Shown here piece by piece: positions 12,762-23,796 of a stretch of DNA of 64,000 nucleotides. The notes beneath the pieces were generated by a model that did no database searches, was not told the origin of the DNA, and was given only the letters and a program-made list of their open reading frames with translations. The DNA comes from Vicugna vicugna (Eukaryota), in NCBI GenBank assembly GCA_013265495.1, contig MU058781.1:1840963-1904962 (forward strand). Reading direction: 5' to 3'. How positions within the stretch are numbered: position 1 is the stretch's first letter; each line of letters opens with the position of its first letter. A program made the translations under genes and the position numbers.

Positions 12762-14479
12762 TGGGTGTCTTTTAAATAGCATATAATTTAGTCTTTCCTT
12801 TAAAAAAAAGTCCAGCCTGAGAACCTCTGACTTTTAATTGTAATGTTTAGTAATTATTAAAAAATAATTGACAAAGAATAAACTGTATGCATTTCAAGTG
12901 TACAATTTGATGAGTTCTGACACGCATATACCTGTGAAGTCATCACAACGATCAAGAAAATGGGCATTTTCATCATTCCCCAAAGTCTCCCTGAGCTCCT
13001 CGGTAATCCATTCCTCCCCCAACCCCTCTTCCCCGGCAACCACTGATCTGCTTTCTGATACTATAGTTTGCATTTGCTAGAATTTTGTTTAAATGTCTGG
13101 CTTCTTTTATGCATCATAATGATTTTGAAGTTCATCCATGTTGGTTTCTGCTTCCCTTTTGTTCTCTGTTTCCGTGTAGTATTCCATTGTGTGGATGTGC
13201 AATAATGGACATTCATTCACATAGACATCTGGGTTGTTTCTAAATTTTGGTTATTACAAACATAGCTGCTATAAACATTCTGGTATAAGTCTTTGTATGG
13301 ACATGCACTTTTATTTGTCTTGGGTAAATACCTAGGAGATGAATTCCTAGGTTTGTACGGTAGGTATACATTTAATTTTTCAAGAAATTGTCAATCTGTT
13401 TTTCAAAGTGTACCATTTTGCGTTCTCCCCAGCGGGTTTGAGAACTCTGCTCCCCTTTCTCGTCAACAGTTGGCCTGGCTTATCGTTTTAATTCTAACGA
13501 TTCTGTTTGGTGGGTTTATATTTCATTTACCTATTGTCTATTCACATGTCTCCTTTTGTGAGGTTTCTCTTCAAAATTTTTGCCCAGTTAAAAAATTTAG
13601 TAGTCTTATTTTAATACACGTCCTTGGCTGATGTATGTGCTACAAGTTTTTATTCCTGGCTTGTGGGTTGCCTTTTTGTTTTCTTGATCATCGTCTTAGA
13701 AGATAGAAGTTTAAAATTTTGATAAGGTCCAATTTGTCATTTTTTAATGATTTATGGGTATTTTTTTTTGTTCTAAGGAACCTTTATCTGCCTAGGATCA
13801 CAAAGGTTTTCTCCTGTGTTTTTTTGTAGAAATATTAGAGTTTTATGTCTTATATTTGGGTCTATGATCCATTTGAGTTAATTTTTGTGTAGGGTAAATA
13901 TAAATAGTAAATGTTCATTTTTTTCCATGGAGGGATGTAGTTGTCCCAGCACCATTTTTTCAAAAGACTTTCCATTCCCCAAGAAGTGCCTTGACACTTT
14001 CCTTGAAAATGTTCATAGATGTGGGAAAAGGTATATTCAAGGTATATTCAAATACTTTATCTGTAGCTCTCAGTAGGATACCTGAGAGAGAGAGTAGGAA
14101 AAGCAGTAAAAGTTTATGTGGTTATGACTCTCTGATTTTCATCAAATGTAGTTTTCTTTCCAATATTTCTTGATGTCCATTCCAGGATGAATTGAGCAAT
14201 TCCCTTTGACTCTTCAACCACATGAATAGTAACATCCACATTATGACACCAGAAATTATCCTACCCATCACTTTAATGTGTAGGCTTTCTGGTGAAGAGA
14301 AGTCTTGCTCCAGATATTTGGGTTTTATAATGTTCATATACTCCAGAATTTTCCTCAAATGCAAATACACCCTGAAGTGATGCAAAATGAAAAAAAAAAA
14401 AGGCTCTCAATTCTACTCAAAAATCCAGGTCTGTAGTATTGATAAAATAATTATAATTTAGCTTTCTATATTACGAGTT

Positions 14480-16346
14480 CCAAAATAAGCCAACATTTAA
14501 TTCTGTGATAAAGAAATACAGGAAAAGAAAACCCAGTGCCTATGAAAAAGGATGTCTAAAATTTTAATGATTTTAAATCATTAAATACATACAATGTGGG
14601 AGCAAGAGTAATACAGATTGAACATTTTGGTTTTGAAAATGTGAAATGTCACCACTTAGCTTAGAACAAATCTGTTTTCCCCTAAGAAATACACATTGTA
14701 CAATGAAATCTACAAGGACACTTGTCCACCTCCTCTTTGTTGATTTTCAGCAGTCGCCTTCCTCTGCACACTTACTTGTCACAGAACAATATAACTTACT
14801 CTTTTGGTAGAGCAGAACATTAAGAACTACAATAGTGGCTATTTTGAAATGCACCTTCTATAAATTTCACTAATTTTTTTTTTAAAAAAAAATCTCACTT
14901 AGATCACACATCCCTCTCGCCTCTTTTCCTGTTCCCGTGACTTGGTTGTTTAAAACAAGAACGCTTAAGTAAGTCAAGGCATATGTTGCAAATCAAAGTG
15001 TTTCCAAATTGGCTGGAAAAGAACCATTACATAAAAACTGGACTGAGACACTGTGGATAACATGCTTCTTGACTTGGTAAAATGTGGAGACACTTCCCCA
15101 CCAGGTAGGAAGTGTTTCATTTGTCCCATGATGACTCTGACGGCTTGTGGAGTGATTGTGCTGGGCCGACCCCAGAGGTTACGAGAGGCCAGGCTGTGGA
15201 ATGGCTGCTGTGACAAGCTGTGAGATGGCGGGGGGCTGTGTATGCAGGTCCATTGGCCAGGCAGAGCTGTGGAACTTCCAGGGGCTCCATACAGCTGCTG
15301 AGTGTTGGGTCTGCACACGCATGTTTTTAAGGCAGGTACAAGTGATTCTCTTAGAGTAGGATGTGGCCTGGTGGCGTTAACGTTTAGGTGGCCAAGGAAC
15401 TGGCCAGCTTCCCTCAGGTGATGGGTGCAGATTGAGAGTCAGAAAGGCCCCTACTTACAACTAGCAGATGAAACCATCCCTCTTTTTTGTGGATGATAAT
15501 AGTCTGATGTGTCTTTATGAATTCCTGCTGCAAATAATACAGTTTTTACAAATCTAAAATCATCCTCTGGAAAACTTCACGGCCAAATCACACACAGAGG
15601 CAGCTGATCATAAAGCCCTGGGGAACCACGTGCTCTCCTTTTATTGGGACATTGTCCTCGCCATGTTGAAACAATCCAGCCCCACCTGGAGACGTGGCCT
15701 CTAGATACAGTGTCAGTCAGTCACTCTTCCAGCACCTAACATATCAGAGTTTGGATTAACATATTCTTTCTGAAACTTTCTGAGGGCATTTTTCAACCAG
15801 AAGTGAGGCATTTTGCCACAATGTGCTCAAGACGGTCAATTTTGGAAGGGGTTTCAAAACAAAAACAAGGCATTCCATGCTTCCTTATTGGGAGGTGAAC
15901 ACTTGAAAATTTACTGTGCTTCCCAGACCTGGCATTGACAGGCTCCGAATGGTCGCTGTCTAGGCAAAGCAAGGTTACAACCAGCTGGTACGTTTTCTTT
16001 TTTTTTTAAAAATGCAGCATTAGGAGGTGTTTACTAAGGTGCTTCTTAATTCATGTTTTTTAATGGAATGTATCAAACACCTACAAACGAACACGGGTAC
16101 GCAGTCAGACACACGCCCGCGGACAAGATTCTGTGCGGTTTATGTCTTAGATGCTTCTGTGTGTACACAAGAACCACACAGGAAAAAAGAAGTCCCCCGG
16201 GAGCTCCCTGAATGTCCTCTAACCCATTAAACCATTAAAATATTTTCATATAAAATATCTACAAAAATAGATAAGATTTACAAAAACCAGAGCATATTTC
16301 CAGTTTTCCTGCGTGACCCCTGCGTCCCCCTCCGCTGCTGCCCTTC
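14480..16346 (-). other. NEDD9: NEDD9 3'UTR (~1.85 kb)
   Basis: Apparently repeat-free sequence after the stop, U-rich on the transcript strand, with several miRNA seed matches, ending near ATTAAA hexamers. Confidence 0.75.
14496..14501 (-). terminator. Candidate polyadenylation signal ATTAAA (second candidate at 14563-14568)
   Basis: Plus-strand tttaat equals ATTAAA on the transcript, at the AT-rich distal end of the UTR. The cleavage site cannot be seen directly. Confidence 0.6.
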
Positions 16347-16856
16347 TCAGAAGGTGGCCATCTCCAGCAGGGAGCGCTTGAAGAGCTGCGCGTTCCGGGA
16401 CAGGTCGGTCACGTGGTGGACCATCTCCTGCAGCGCCGGGGTGCTGGGGTAGTGCAGCGCCGCCGTCTTGGTCGCCAGCACGATCGTCTTGAGCTGCTCG
16501 CACAGCTGGTTGCTGGAGTTCATCACTTTGTTGCGAACGTCCTGGGCAGCCACCTGCCTGGTCAGCGTGTCTCCGATGAACACCAGCTTGTGCGCACTGA
16601 GGATGACAAACTTGCTGTGCGCCACGAAGATCCGCGGGGGCTGCGCCGAGCTGACGCAGCTGAAGAGCGCGTCGATGGCGTTGAGCAGGGAGATGTAGTG
16701 GGTCTCACACTGGTCGTAGTAGAAGCAGAGCAGCTGCCTGTCCTGGGCGCCCACGCCGCCGCTGGGGGTCGGCAGGCTCTGGGAGGGCTTCCACTTGGAG
16801 ATGTCGTTCTCCACCGGCTTTGTAATTTCTTGTTCCAGCAACTGGAACTGACTCAG
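16347..16856 (-). CDS. NEDD9: NEDD9 coding exon 7: C-terminal FAT-like/CCH domain to stop (169 aa + TGA)
   Basis: Acceptor ttctcccttgcag|CTG. Translates LSQFQLLEQEITKPVENDISKW...FVAHSKFVILSAHKLVFIGDTL...RSLLEMATF*. Confidence 0.98.
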   Translation of the reverse strand: MSQFQLLEQEITKPVENDISKWKPSQSLPTPSGGVGAQDRQLLCFYYDQCETHYISLLNAIDALFSCVSSAQPPRIFVAHSKFVILSAHKLVFIGDTLTRQVAAQDVRNKVMNSSNQLCEQLKTIVLATKTAALHYPSTPALQEMVHHVTDLSRNAQLFKRSLLEMATF

Positions 16857-17565
16857 CTGCAAGGGAGAAAAAAGCCAGTTTCGGTTAAGGATCCGGTGGT
16901 GTGCTGTCATAGAAATAAACCAGGGTTTGGAGTTAAAAGGCAGGGGTTTTCATCTCCTATCAGGGTCAGGGGCTTATCAGATGTGAGGAAATCCCGTTGC
17001 TTTCCTAAATTGTAAAATGTAGGGGTGAGAAAGATGATCCCTAAGGAATCCTCCAGCTCCGACTTCTATGATGGGATGGTTGGGCTCTTCTACCCTCAAG
17101 CTGGATGGCAAAACCCAGCTCTGTTTCCTGCGCCGCTATGAAGGTTAAATGAGTTAATATTTGCAAAGTGCTTAGAACAGCGTTTGGTATATTGCAGGCC
17201 CTATGTAAGTGTTTGTTAGACACTGAATGGTGGCAAAGGAAAAGCAAATGTAGGGATCTCTTTGGCAAGTCAGTCACTGACAGTTTGCTCCTTCTCTAGG
17301 AAAGGCTTGACTCTGTCCCTTTGAGACACTTAGATAAATGACAATCCATGACTGACAATTCATGACATAAATATATGTGCATTATGGAAAAGAACATCTC
17401 CAAGGGACTCTCAGTACTGACTGCATCATAACACCTAGTTCCCCAGAGTTGTGGAAAGAAAAGAACCTCACATAGAGTCAGACTCAGTGAGTGTTAGCTT
17501 TCTTCCTTCTCTCCTCTCTGCCCCCTACTGGTGTAGTATTTATTTAGTTTGGTAACTTAGAGCTA

Positions 17566-18024
17566 ATTTTTTTAAATTGAAGTATAGCTGGTTTACAGTG
17601 TCGTGTTAATTTCTGGTGTACAGCATAGCGATTCATTTATACATAAATTCCTTTTCATTATAGACTATTACAAGTTACTGAATATAGTTCCTTGTGCTAT
17701 ACGTAGGACCTTGTTGTTTATTTTATACAGTATGTAGGAATTAGTAGCTACAAATCCCAAACTCCCAACTTATCCCTCCCACTCTCCTCTTCCCCTCCTG
17801 GTAACCATAAGTTTGTTTTCTGTGTCTGTGAGTCTGCCTCAGTTTTGTAAATAAGTTCCTTTTTTTTTAAGATTCCATATATAAGTGATATCATTTGGCA
17901 TTTTTCTTCCTCTTTCTAGCTTACTTCATTTAGTATGACAATCTCCAGGTCCACCCATGTTGCTGGAAATAGTATAATTTCATTCTTTTTTATGGCTGAG
18001 TAGTATTCCATGATAGATATAGAT

Positions 18025-18067
<43 letters not shown>

Positions 18068-18226
18068 CAACACCTTATTTATTCATCCATTTATTGATGG
18101 ACATTTAGGTTGCACCTGTGTCTTGGCTATTGTAAACAGTGCTGCTATGAACATTGGGATGCATGTATTTTTTTGAATTAGAGTTTCCTCTAGATATATG
18201 CCCAGGAGTGGGATTGCTGGATCATA
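17566..18226 (-). mobile_element. L1 3' end (camelid/L1MA9-like) in intron 6
   Basis: ttttttttaaattgaagtatagctggtttaca...gatatatgcccaggagtgggattgctggatcatat; paralogous to 8757-9545. Confidence 0.9.
18011..18067. repeat. (GATA)n/(GATATA)n microsatellite inside L1
   Basis: Direct reading: tgatagatatagatatagatagatagat... Confidence 0.95.
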
Positions 18227-19663
18227 TCATTTATTATTTAAGTTGCAGTAATAATAATTTCCAACTATTACACCAACTCTCAGGAGAGACTCTCTTCTAC
18301 AGGCAAGGACTGTCTATCTGTGACCAGGTTTAGGACTCCATTAATCTTCTGCCCCGAGGTAGGGCTGAGTCAGAGCAGGGTTAACCTCACTCAGCTTCTC
18401 CCCTAAGAAATGCACAGTGAGCTTTCCTTTTCTGTAGACTCTCTTGTCTTCTTAGCAATTATTATGATTTCGACAAGTTCCCTAAAGCCCTGCTGTCTTA
18501 CTCGGCCAAACACCAAAGCAGACATAAATAGATGCTTCAAGATATTTAGCTTATGCCTTTTTCAAATATGTTCATAAATATATCACCTTACTAGCTGGAG
18601 AGAGGGATTTGCTCATTGTTTAGAGAAGTAACTGAAGTTCAGGGTGGTTTAGTGACTTGCCTAAGGTCACACAGTTGGTTAGTCAGAGATTAAAACTCTG
18701 GTTTCCCTAGTGCCATGTGCCACTTCACATCTGTGCATGACAAGGCTTATAAATCCTCCATCCATTTCTTTTTATTTTTATGCCCTTATACTGGCAACAC
18801 CCATCATTATCTGCCTCACTTATGCCCAACTTTTGAATGAAACTGCCCTACCCAACCAAAACCCTTAGTAAATGGACTTGAATATGTTCCAAAAATATTG
18901 GCTCCTGCCCTCCTACCCTTAGACTGGACCAAGAACAGCCAAGCCATAGGCTTGTGTTGCAGGGAAGAGAGAGAGGAGATAGGGAGATAGGGAGATAGGT
19001 AGACAGGTAGACAGACAGAGATATGGCCCAGTTTTTTTTTTTTAATATGGCCCTTTTTTTTTTTTTTTTTTTTTTTTTAGGAATTTGATGAACCACAGAA
19101 GGAGCTGACTGTCAGCAGAGGAAGTGGAGATGAAAAGCTATCTATAGAAAAAAGAGTGAGTGGCCATTTGGGGGTTCTGTAAGTTACAGGGGAGCCAACT
19201 GAGTAGATAAGCAGAGGAAACTGCCAGAAAAAAGAGGCGAAGGAAGCTGATTTAGAGAAAAGCAAAGAAAGTACGAGGAGAGGGAATTGGCAGTCCTAGC
19301 TCTTCCAGACTTGGCTATTAGATCTTCACTTTCTGTTCTTGAATTCCCCTGTTGCAGCCTGACTATAAACCCTGTCTGCTTGGGCCAGGAGGAGTGGGCC
19401 CTGCTGCTTGAGATCACAGCCTTGACCCAAACAGGCTTGGCCTGGAGAAACTGCTGTTTGGACACAGTCCAGGCACACCGGGCTGGATGACTAAAGCCAG
19501 AAACCTTCTCTTTGTTCTTTCTTCACCCTATTATATGCCTTGGAGCTTGTTTATGCCAGAGTGTACTAGAAGGATCAAAAGCATGACCTTGTGAAGTTAT
19601 ACCTTCCTTGGTAAGTGGGAAATCTTTTCAGTACCAAATAGTTTTTGTTCTGATTGCACACAC

Positions 19664-19753
19664 CTGATGGTGCTCCAGCTGCATCTTGTTCTGTTTGATG
19701 ATGTTTTCCTTCTCCAACAGCTCTTTCTGCTGCCTTTCAAACTCCTCTTTACC
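19664..19753 (-). CDS. NEDD9: NEDD9 coding exon 6 (30 codons; not in the ORF track)
   Basis: Acceptor aaataacag|GGT and donor CATCAG|gtgtgt. Manual translation gives GKEEFERQQKELLEKENIIKQNKMQLEHHQ. Confidence 0.96.
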
Positions 19754-20595
19754 CTGTTATTTTTTGACATAAAGAAAACATTAAATCACCATTGTGATTC
19801 ACTGATGCTAACAATTTCATTGACAAACACGTAAATACTCTTTGATTTCCCACTGCCTTGGCAATTTCCCTGAATGCCCAATTAGGCCCTGGGAACCCCC
19901 GACAGGGATGACCAGTTCCCGGCCAGACTGCCAGTCACTGTGTAGATCAGGACTAAAAACTAAAACCTGTTTCCATGTGGGGCACATGCCCTCTGCACCA
20001 CTTTACCATTTTGGAGGGCTACCTGTGACCCTCTTCAAACGTCCTTCAGCAGGACTGTCTCAGTTCTTTTCTAATAGATTACCTGCAAACCCATAAACCT
20101 CCTAACACGGGTCTAAATGTGGTCTATGCTGCAGTTCTAGTTTCTTCAAACCATCTACCACTCTACACCAAATTAGTATGTCTCAAAATGCAGAGCTGGA
20201 CAGCCAGCCAGGTAAAATGTTTAACGCTTCCATCCTCTCTCCCCCTACACTTGTCTTCAGTACTCGGTGTGGCTCTCTTCCCCCTTTCCCAGTTGTGCAC
20301 AAAGGAATTGTAGTTTCATAATTCTCAGGATAATCCGTGGCTGTGATCCAAATAAAAAGAACGGCAGAGTAAGATAGTAAGCCAAATTCTAACTAATGGA
20401 TCTTGGCGGGCTTTTAATCCCCAAAGTGAAAGGGCAAACTGGCAGGATCTGAGGTCTACCTGGTGGAATTTCCATTTAGAGGAGGCATACTGTCACTGCC
20501 CAATGACCCATATGCAGGTTAAGTTCTAGGTCAATTGGCAAATGCCTTGTGGTCTTCAAGGTAAGTCTGTGGTGGGGTTAAGTTTCTCTGTAACT

Positions 20596-20628
20596 ACACA
20601 CACGCACACACGCACACACACACACACA
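20596..20628. repeat. Interrupted (CA)n microsatellite
   Basis: acacacacgcacacacgcacacacacacacaca. Confidence 0.9.
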
Positions 20629-20647
20629 GAGTAGAGCTTAGTAATTA

Positions 20648-20800
20648 TCTAGTACAGAGTTTTTCAAATTGTTTTCTTAACAGTGAACCACCCCTTTTTT
20701 TCAAATAAAATATCATGCAGAACTGTATATATCCTGAAACACAGATAGAAATGGAGTTGGTATGATTATTCGAGGGCCCACTATCCTACTGGGGGTCTCC
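20648..20800. mobile_element. MER103-like hAT-Charlie fragment
   Basis: ctagtacagagtttttcaaattgtttt...caaataaaatatcatgcagaac...aaacacagatagaaatggagttgg resembles the MER103C consensus as I recall it. Confidence 0.5.
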
Positions 20801-21093
20801 TCCAGCTTGCCCATAGCAATGGGATCTAATCCAACCCTGGGCTTCATTCATTTTGCATATGAGGAAATTAGGCGAGGTTACATAAGTTGGTGACACAGTT
20901 AGCACCAGGGAAAGTTCTAGAGGACTCAGGACTCTCAGGCCAGTGTTTTTCCTACTGTACGACATTGCCCCGTTTGTGAACCACTACTCATGTTTGAGGA
21001 CCATTCATCACCCGCAAGCCCAGCAGCCTCACAGGCCGTGGCCCCAGATGCCCTGCAGGTGGACACAGGTGCTTTAAGAGTCTGGTTCTTTAC

Positions 21094-22341
21094 CTGTAGG
21101 TGGACGTAGTCATAATCATCCATCCAGCTCCTTTCAGAGCCATCACTGCTGCTGCAGTCAGGGGGCTGGTCCTTGCCCAGGCTGGGGGGCAATGGCTTGT
21201 TGAGGTCTTGGGCCTTGTGGTCCCCAGGATGCAGCAGCTGCATCTGGGATCCAGCATGTGGGTACTCGGTGGAGTTCATGATGTTCTCAGGCCCATTCTT
21301 CCCATGCGAGCTGCCGGGGCCAGGTCTGAAGAGGGCCTCTGTGTTGGTGTTGATGGTCGTGGTGAGCTGCTTGGCATCATCCGGCACTGTCTTTGCCACC
21401 ATCACAAACCGGTCCAGGTCATCACACTTGTTCTGGAGCTTGTTGGTGGCCAGGATATTCAGGGACCAGCTGCACTCATTTAAGTTATGGCTGGTCTGGC
21501 TCAGAATCTGGTGGGAGTCGTCCACTCTCTGGAGCTCCCGCTTCATCTTGTTGTGGAGGGTGAGATCCGGGAGGCAGGAAGCGTTTGCCACAGCTCCCTT
21601 GGCAAAGTGGAGGTAGTCCCTCAGGCACAGCTCCACCTTGTCCACGGCCGCGCGGATCTCGTTGAGGTGCCGCTCCATGTACCCGTAGCATCGCCAGTCG
21701 GTGGTGACCAGCGCCGTGAGGCCGGAGACCCCCAGCTCCAGGGTCTGCTGGAGCCAATGGAGTCTCTCGATGGCTGTGTCCGGATCCAGGAAGAGCCTTT
21801 TGTCCTGAGATGGGGAGGCCGACAAGGAGGATTCCTTTGAGGTGGTGGAAGATGTGGACATGTTACTCCTGGTGCTGCCGGTGCTGGAGAAGGATAAGCG
21901 GTTGATGCCGTCGACCACGTCCTGCGCGCCTTTGGCCTCCGGCGGGTTGTGCAGCGGGACGTCGTAAACACCGAGCCCGTCTCTTTCTTCCAGGTTTGCT
22001 TTCTCGCTAGTCTCTGCAGGCGGCTCGAGAAACTGAACGCCCCGGGGGATGTCGTAGGCGTCGTTCTGGGCGCCCACGGGCGGTCCCAGCTGCGGGGGCG
22101 GGTGGCTCAGGGAGATGCTTTGCTGTCTTCGCAGCGCCAGGTCGGCAGCTCCCGGGGCGTCACAGTTATATTTCAGGTGAAGGTCCTTCCCCACGGGCTT
22201 GGTGCTGGGTGGGGGGATGTCATAAACGCCCTCGGGTCTGGCGTCCGGCTTCCCAGGGTGCCTCATCGGAGGGGGGAAATCATACTCTTTCTCCCTCAGC
22301 CCTGCTTCGTCTCGGCAAGCGGAGGGTGGGCTGGCGTAGAC
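21094..22341 (-). CDS. NEDD9: NEDD9 coding exon 5: end of substrate domain, serine-rich helical bundle, YDYVHL motif (416 codons)
   Basis: Acceptor cttacttttcag|GTC and donor CTACAG|gtaaag. Translates VYASPPSACRDEAGLREKEYDFPPPMRH...SWMDDYDYVHLQ and overlaps ORF 20935..22266. Confidence 0.97.
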
Positions 22342-23118
22342 CTGAAAAGTAAGCGGAAAACGAAGCTATTTCGTGTTGGGTCGGCTCCCATGAGCGGCGC
22401 GGTAAAGGGAGGGCCGGGGTTCCCAGCCCCGCACGGATCGGCCTCCCACCCTCCGCCCCCGCGCAGAGGTGCTCCCCAGGCTCTCTCCCACTGCCCACCC
22501 TCTGACCAGCGCGTCCTTCCCTGGCTTCCACGCTGCCTTAGGCGTGGACCCCTCCTGGCTGAGTCGCCCTCCCGGGTCCCAGTCCCACGTTTCTGACCAG
22601 CTCCTGGGTGCCCCCCCGCGGCGGCTGCTGGTGATGCATTAACACACCGGACTAGGGGCAGAAGCCCTGAGGTCTCTCCCGGATCTGTCAGCGGTGTGAT
22701 GCTGAGTAAGTCGCTTTAATAGCCTGAGACACAGTTCCCTCATCCGCGAAACAAGGATAACTGTACTTCCCGTGCAGGCATCGCCCGGAATGAGTCCAAT
22801 GCATTAACCCGTATGTATATACGGCCTGAGGACGCTCCAACACCCTATGTAAGCGCGAGCGCCGTGAGCCGTGTTAGGGCTTGCCGAAAGGAATTGATTA
22901 TTTTACCTTTTTATTGGCTCTCCTCAATGACCGTCCCATTTTTTTAGTGGGTCCCCTAAATATGGAATCCCTAGAGTTACCTTTAATTACTGCCTTTTCT
23001 TCCTCCCGCCCTCTTTCCTTCCCTGTACTCTCTCACAAAGCTAGCTTTTCCTTCTTGCTTTATGTCAGTACACACACACCTCCCCCACCCCCCAGCTGCC
23101 CTGCAGTAGCTCACTTAC

Positions 23119-23220
23119 CCCTTTGGTAGGAGGGATGTCATAGACCCCCTGAGGGTTTCTCTCTCCCACCGGAACCGAAAACACCGGGCCTTTCACGGAC
23201 GAAGGAGGGATGTCATAGAC
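23119..23220 (-). CDS. NEDD9: NEDD9 coding exon 4: substrate domain (34 codons; not in the ORF track)
   Basis: Acceptor gtctcctcag|GTC and donor AAAGGG|gtaagt. Manual translation gives VYDIPPSSVKGPVFSVPVGERNPQGVYDIPPTKG. Confidence 0.96.
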
Positions 23221-23694
23221 CTGAGGAGACACACCTGAGTTACTGGCGTGGAATCGTCTGTATACGGGTCATTTTTTATGCCTCGAAGCTTTTAATGACG
23301 GGTTTATTTACCAAGTTACGTACTCCTTTGCTCTTTAGCTGAATTCTGTGTAATACGGGGCTGATGGAATCTCTCCCTTTAAATTTTGTATTCTTTGGCT
23401 TAGGTTAAATATAAAAATGATCTTTGGTGAAATATCTACACTGTCTGTACTTTAAATTGTAGTTTAAATTTTATGCTTCCTGATAAAATGACAAGCACCA
23501 AAAGCTTTATTAGATCAAAGCCTAGGCTTTCCTACAGCAGATCCAGAAAACATAACTTGAATAACATGGGCTAAAACAGCCCCTGGATAGACAACCTAAA
23601 TCAAGCTTCACGTGGAATATGCACACTGTGTGGACTCTTTCCTCCGTGGCCCTGAGGTGGCCCTGTCCCCGGGGACCGCGTTCCCGGCACGCAC

Positions 23695-23796
23695 CCCTTG
23701 AGCGGTGTGGGAGGGGGGGATGTCGTAGACGTCCTTTTGGTATCGGGATGGGTACTCGTACACGTAGCCGTTGCCTGTCCTCACTGGCGTGATCAC
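23695..23796 (-). CDS. NEDD9: NEDD9 coding exon 3: substrate domain (34 codons)
   Basis: Acceptor ccttgtccacag|GTG and donor CAAGGG|gtgcgt. Translates VITPVRTGNGYVYEYPSRYQKDVYDIPPSHTAQG. Confidence 0.96.

Larger units (their letters stand above)
11320..14010 (-). mobile_element. Cluster of nested old L1M (L1MB/MC/ME-like) fragments, mostly antisense
   Basis: Typical antisense L1 3'-end motifs (acaataaaatgcacccatt, caaccactgatctgctttct, gtagtattccattgtgtggat, cttgggtaaatacctaggag, tctatgatccatttgagttaattttt). Confidence 0.8.

Noticed and set aside
16857..16910. N-terminal MTAHHRILNRNWLFSPLQ of the 187-aa ORF
   Set aside because: Intron 6 branch and polypyrimidine region upstream of the exon 7 acceptor.
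16413..17015. 200-aa plus-strand ORF, and similar ORFs at 21100-21840 and 21949-22596
   Set aside because: Antisense shadows of the GC3-rich NEDD9 exons 7 and 5, with no recognisable protein features.
20935..21093. C-terminal extension of the 443-aa ORF beyond YDYVHLQ
   Set aside because: Read-through into intron 5 past a good CAG|gtaaag donor; similarity to NEDD9 resumes in exon 6.
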